From a bacterium (GTDB lineage Bacteria > SZUA-182 > DTGQ01 > JAFGSM01): a stretch of 36,048 nucleotides of DNA. Shown piece after piece: positions 35,308 to 36,048 of the stretch. The notes below the pieces were generated by a model, which saw nothing but the letters and a program-made list of their open reading frames with translations, did not search any database and was not told the origin of the DNA. The number at the start of each line of letters is the position of its first letter. The stretch's first letter is position 1. The position numbers were made by a program, and so were the translations under genes. The stretch covers positions 1-36,048 of the forward strand of contig JBLIRP010000034.1 in the NCBI GenBank assembly GCA_049472355.1. Direction: 5' to 3'.

Positions 35308-36048
35308 TGTAATACCAACATGATAATGTCCAATTACGCCAAAGTAGAAATGTCCGAAACTGGAGCTGCTATAATTTCCCGAGTTAAGGAAGGAGGGGGT
35401 TATGGCAGGAGAGGGCATTATCATGTTGAGGCAAAAGGAGTTACAGAGGCTCCACATACTAAAGAAACTGAAAGAGGGATCGATTAGTGAAGAGGATGCA
35501 TCGGCACTCATGGGGGTAAGCAGGAGGCAGACGAGGAGGCTGATACGGAGGGTGTGGGAAGAGGGTGATACGGGGGTAATACACCAGTTACGGGGGAGGA
35601 AATCGAACCGGAGATTATCCGAGCAGATACGGCAAAAGGTGGTGGAGCTATATCAGCGGCAGTATAAGGGTTTTGGGCCGACTTTAGCCACAGAAAAGCT
35701 TATGGAGAGGGATGGTATCAGGCTGAGTGATGAGACCTTGCGCAAGTGGCTCATAGAAGAGGGCATAGCGTATCCTCGAAGGAAGAAGCGGCCGCATAGG
35801 CGGTGGCGGGAGAGAAAGGAGTATTGTGGGCAGATGGTGCAGCTTGATGGATCGCACCATGACTGGTTTGAGGGCAGAGGTCCACAGTGTGTGTTGATGG
35901 GATATATCGACGATGCCATCGGAGAGGTATTTGGGCGTTTTTATGAGTATGAAGGCACGATACCGGCGCTTGATAGTTTCAATCGCTACATAGACAAATA
36001 TGGCATTCCGTTGAGTGTATATGTTGATAGGCATTCCACGTACCGATC
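35308..36048 (+). mobile_element. IS1202/ISNCY-type insertion sequence, left end (runs off the window)
   Basis: Starts TGT; subterminal repeats TGATAATGTCC (35321) and TAGAAATGTCC (35345); a transposase follows. Confidence 0.8.
35402..36048 (+). CDS. DDE transposase, ISNCY/IS1202 type (partial, absent from the ORF track)
   Basis: Manual translation: MAGEGIIMLRQKELQRLH..GVSRRQTRRL..YKGFGPTLATEKL..ETLRKW..GQMVQLDGSHHDWFEGRG..MGYIDDA..YGIPLSVYVDRHSTY. Confidence 0.92.
   Translation, partial: MAGEGIIMLRQKELQRLHILKKLKEGSISEEDASALMGVSRRQTRRLIRRVWEEGDTGVIHQLRGRKSNRRLSEQIRQKVVELYQRQYKGFGPTLATEKLMERDGIRLSDETLRKWLIEEGIAYPRRKKRPHRRWRERKEYCGQMVQLDGSHHDWFEGRGPQCVLMGYIDDAIGEVFGRFYEYEGTIPALDSFNRYIDKYGIPLSVYVDRHSTYR

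Overview
Bacterial chromosomal window, probably from a diderm, deltaproteobacteria-like lineage (inferred from protein style only). (1) 1-4342: end of the alpha ribosomal operon (rpsK end, rpsD, rpoA, rplQ, terminator), then an ECF-type ATPase pair with no ecfT. (2) 4422-13843: a signalling locus. A perfect sigma54 promoter precedes an operon of two GvpL/GvpF-family genes, a REC-histidine kinase and a FliA/WhiG sigma factor. Next to it are a REC-PAS-PAS kinase, an NtrC-type activator with three tandem HTH modules, and two paralogous CxxC-bearing single-domain receivers preceded by sigma28-like promoters. No gvpA is present. (3) 14025-14558: a secreted Pro/Trp-rich protein. (4) ~15100-22050: an AT-richer, decaying integron-cassette array (attC sites, no intI seen). 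It carries an MTase-HNH pair, an interrupted HNH nuclease, a PaeR7I-like remnant, a hypothetical gene, a group II intron 5' fragment at an attC, a GDPD gene, several toxin-antitoxin fragments and a diverged copy of part of the neighbouring oppF-like gene. (5) 22549-34523: a nine-gene minus-strand operon (lipoprotein, PEGA/TPR lipoprotein, TolB-like propeller, TPR protein, complete Opp/Dpp-type ABC importer). (6) 35308-end: left end of an IS1202/ISNCY-type insertion sequence. All family calls come from motif recognition by eye; no database searches were run.
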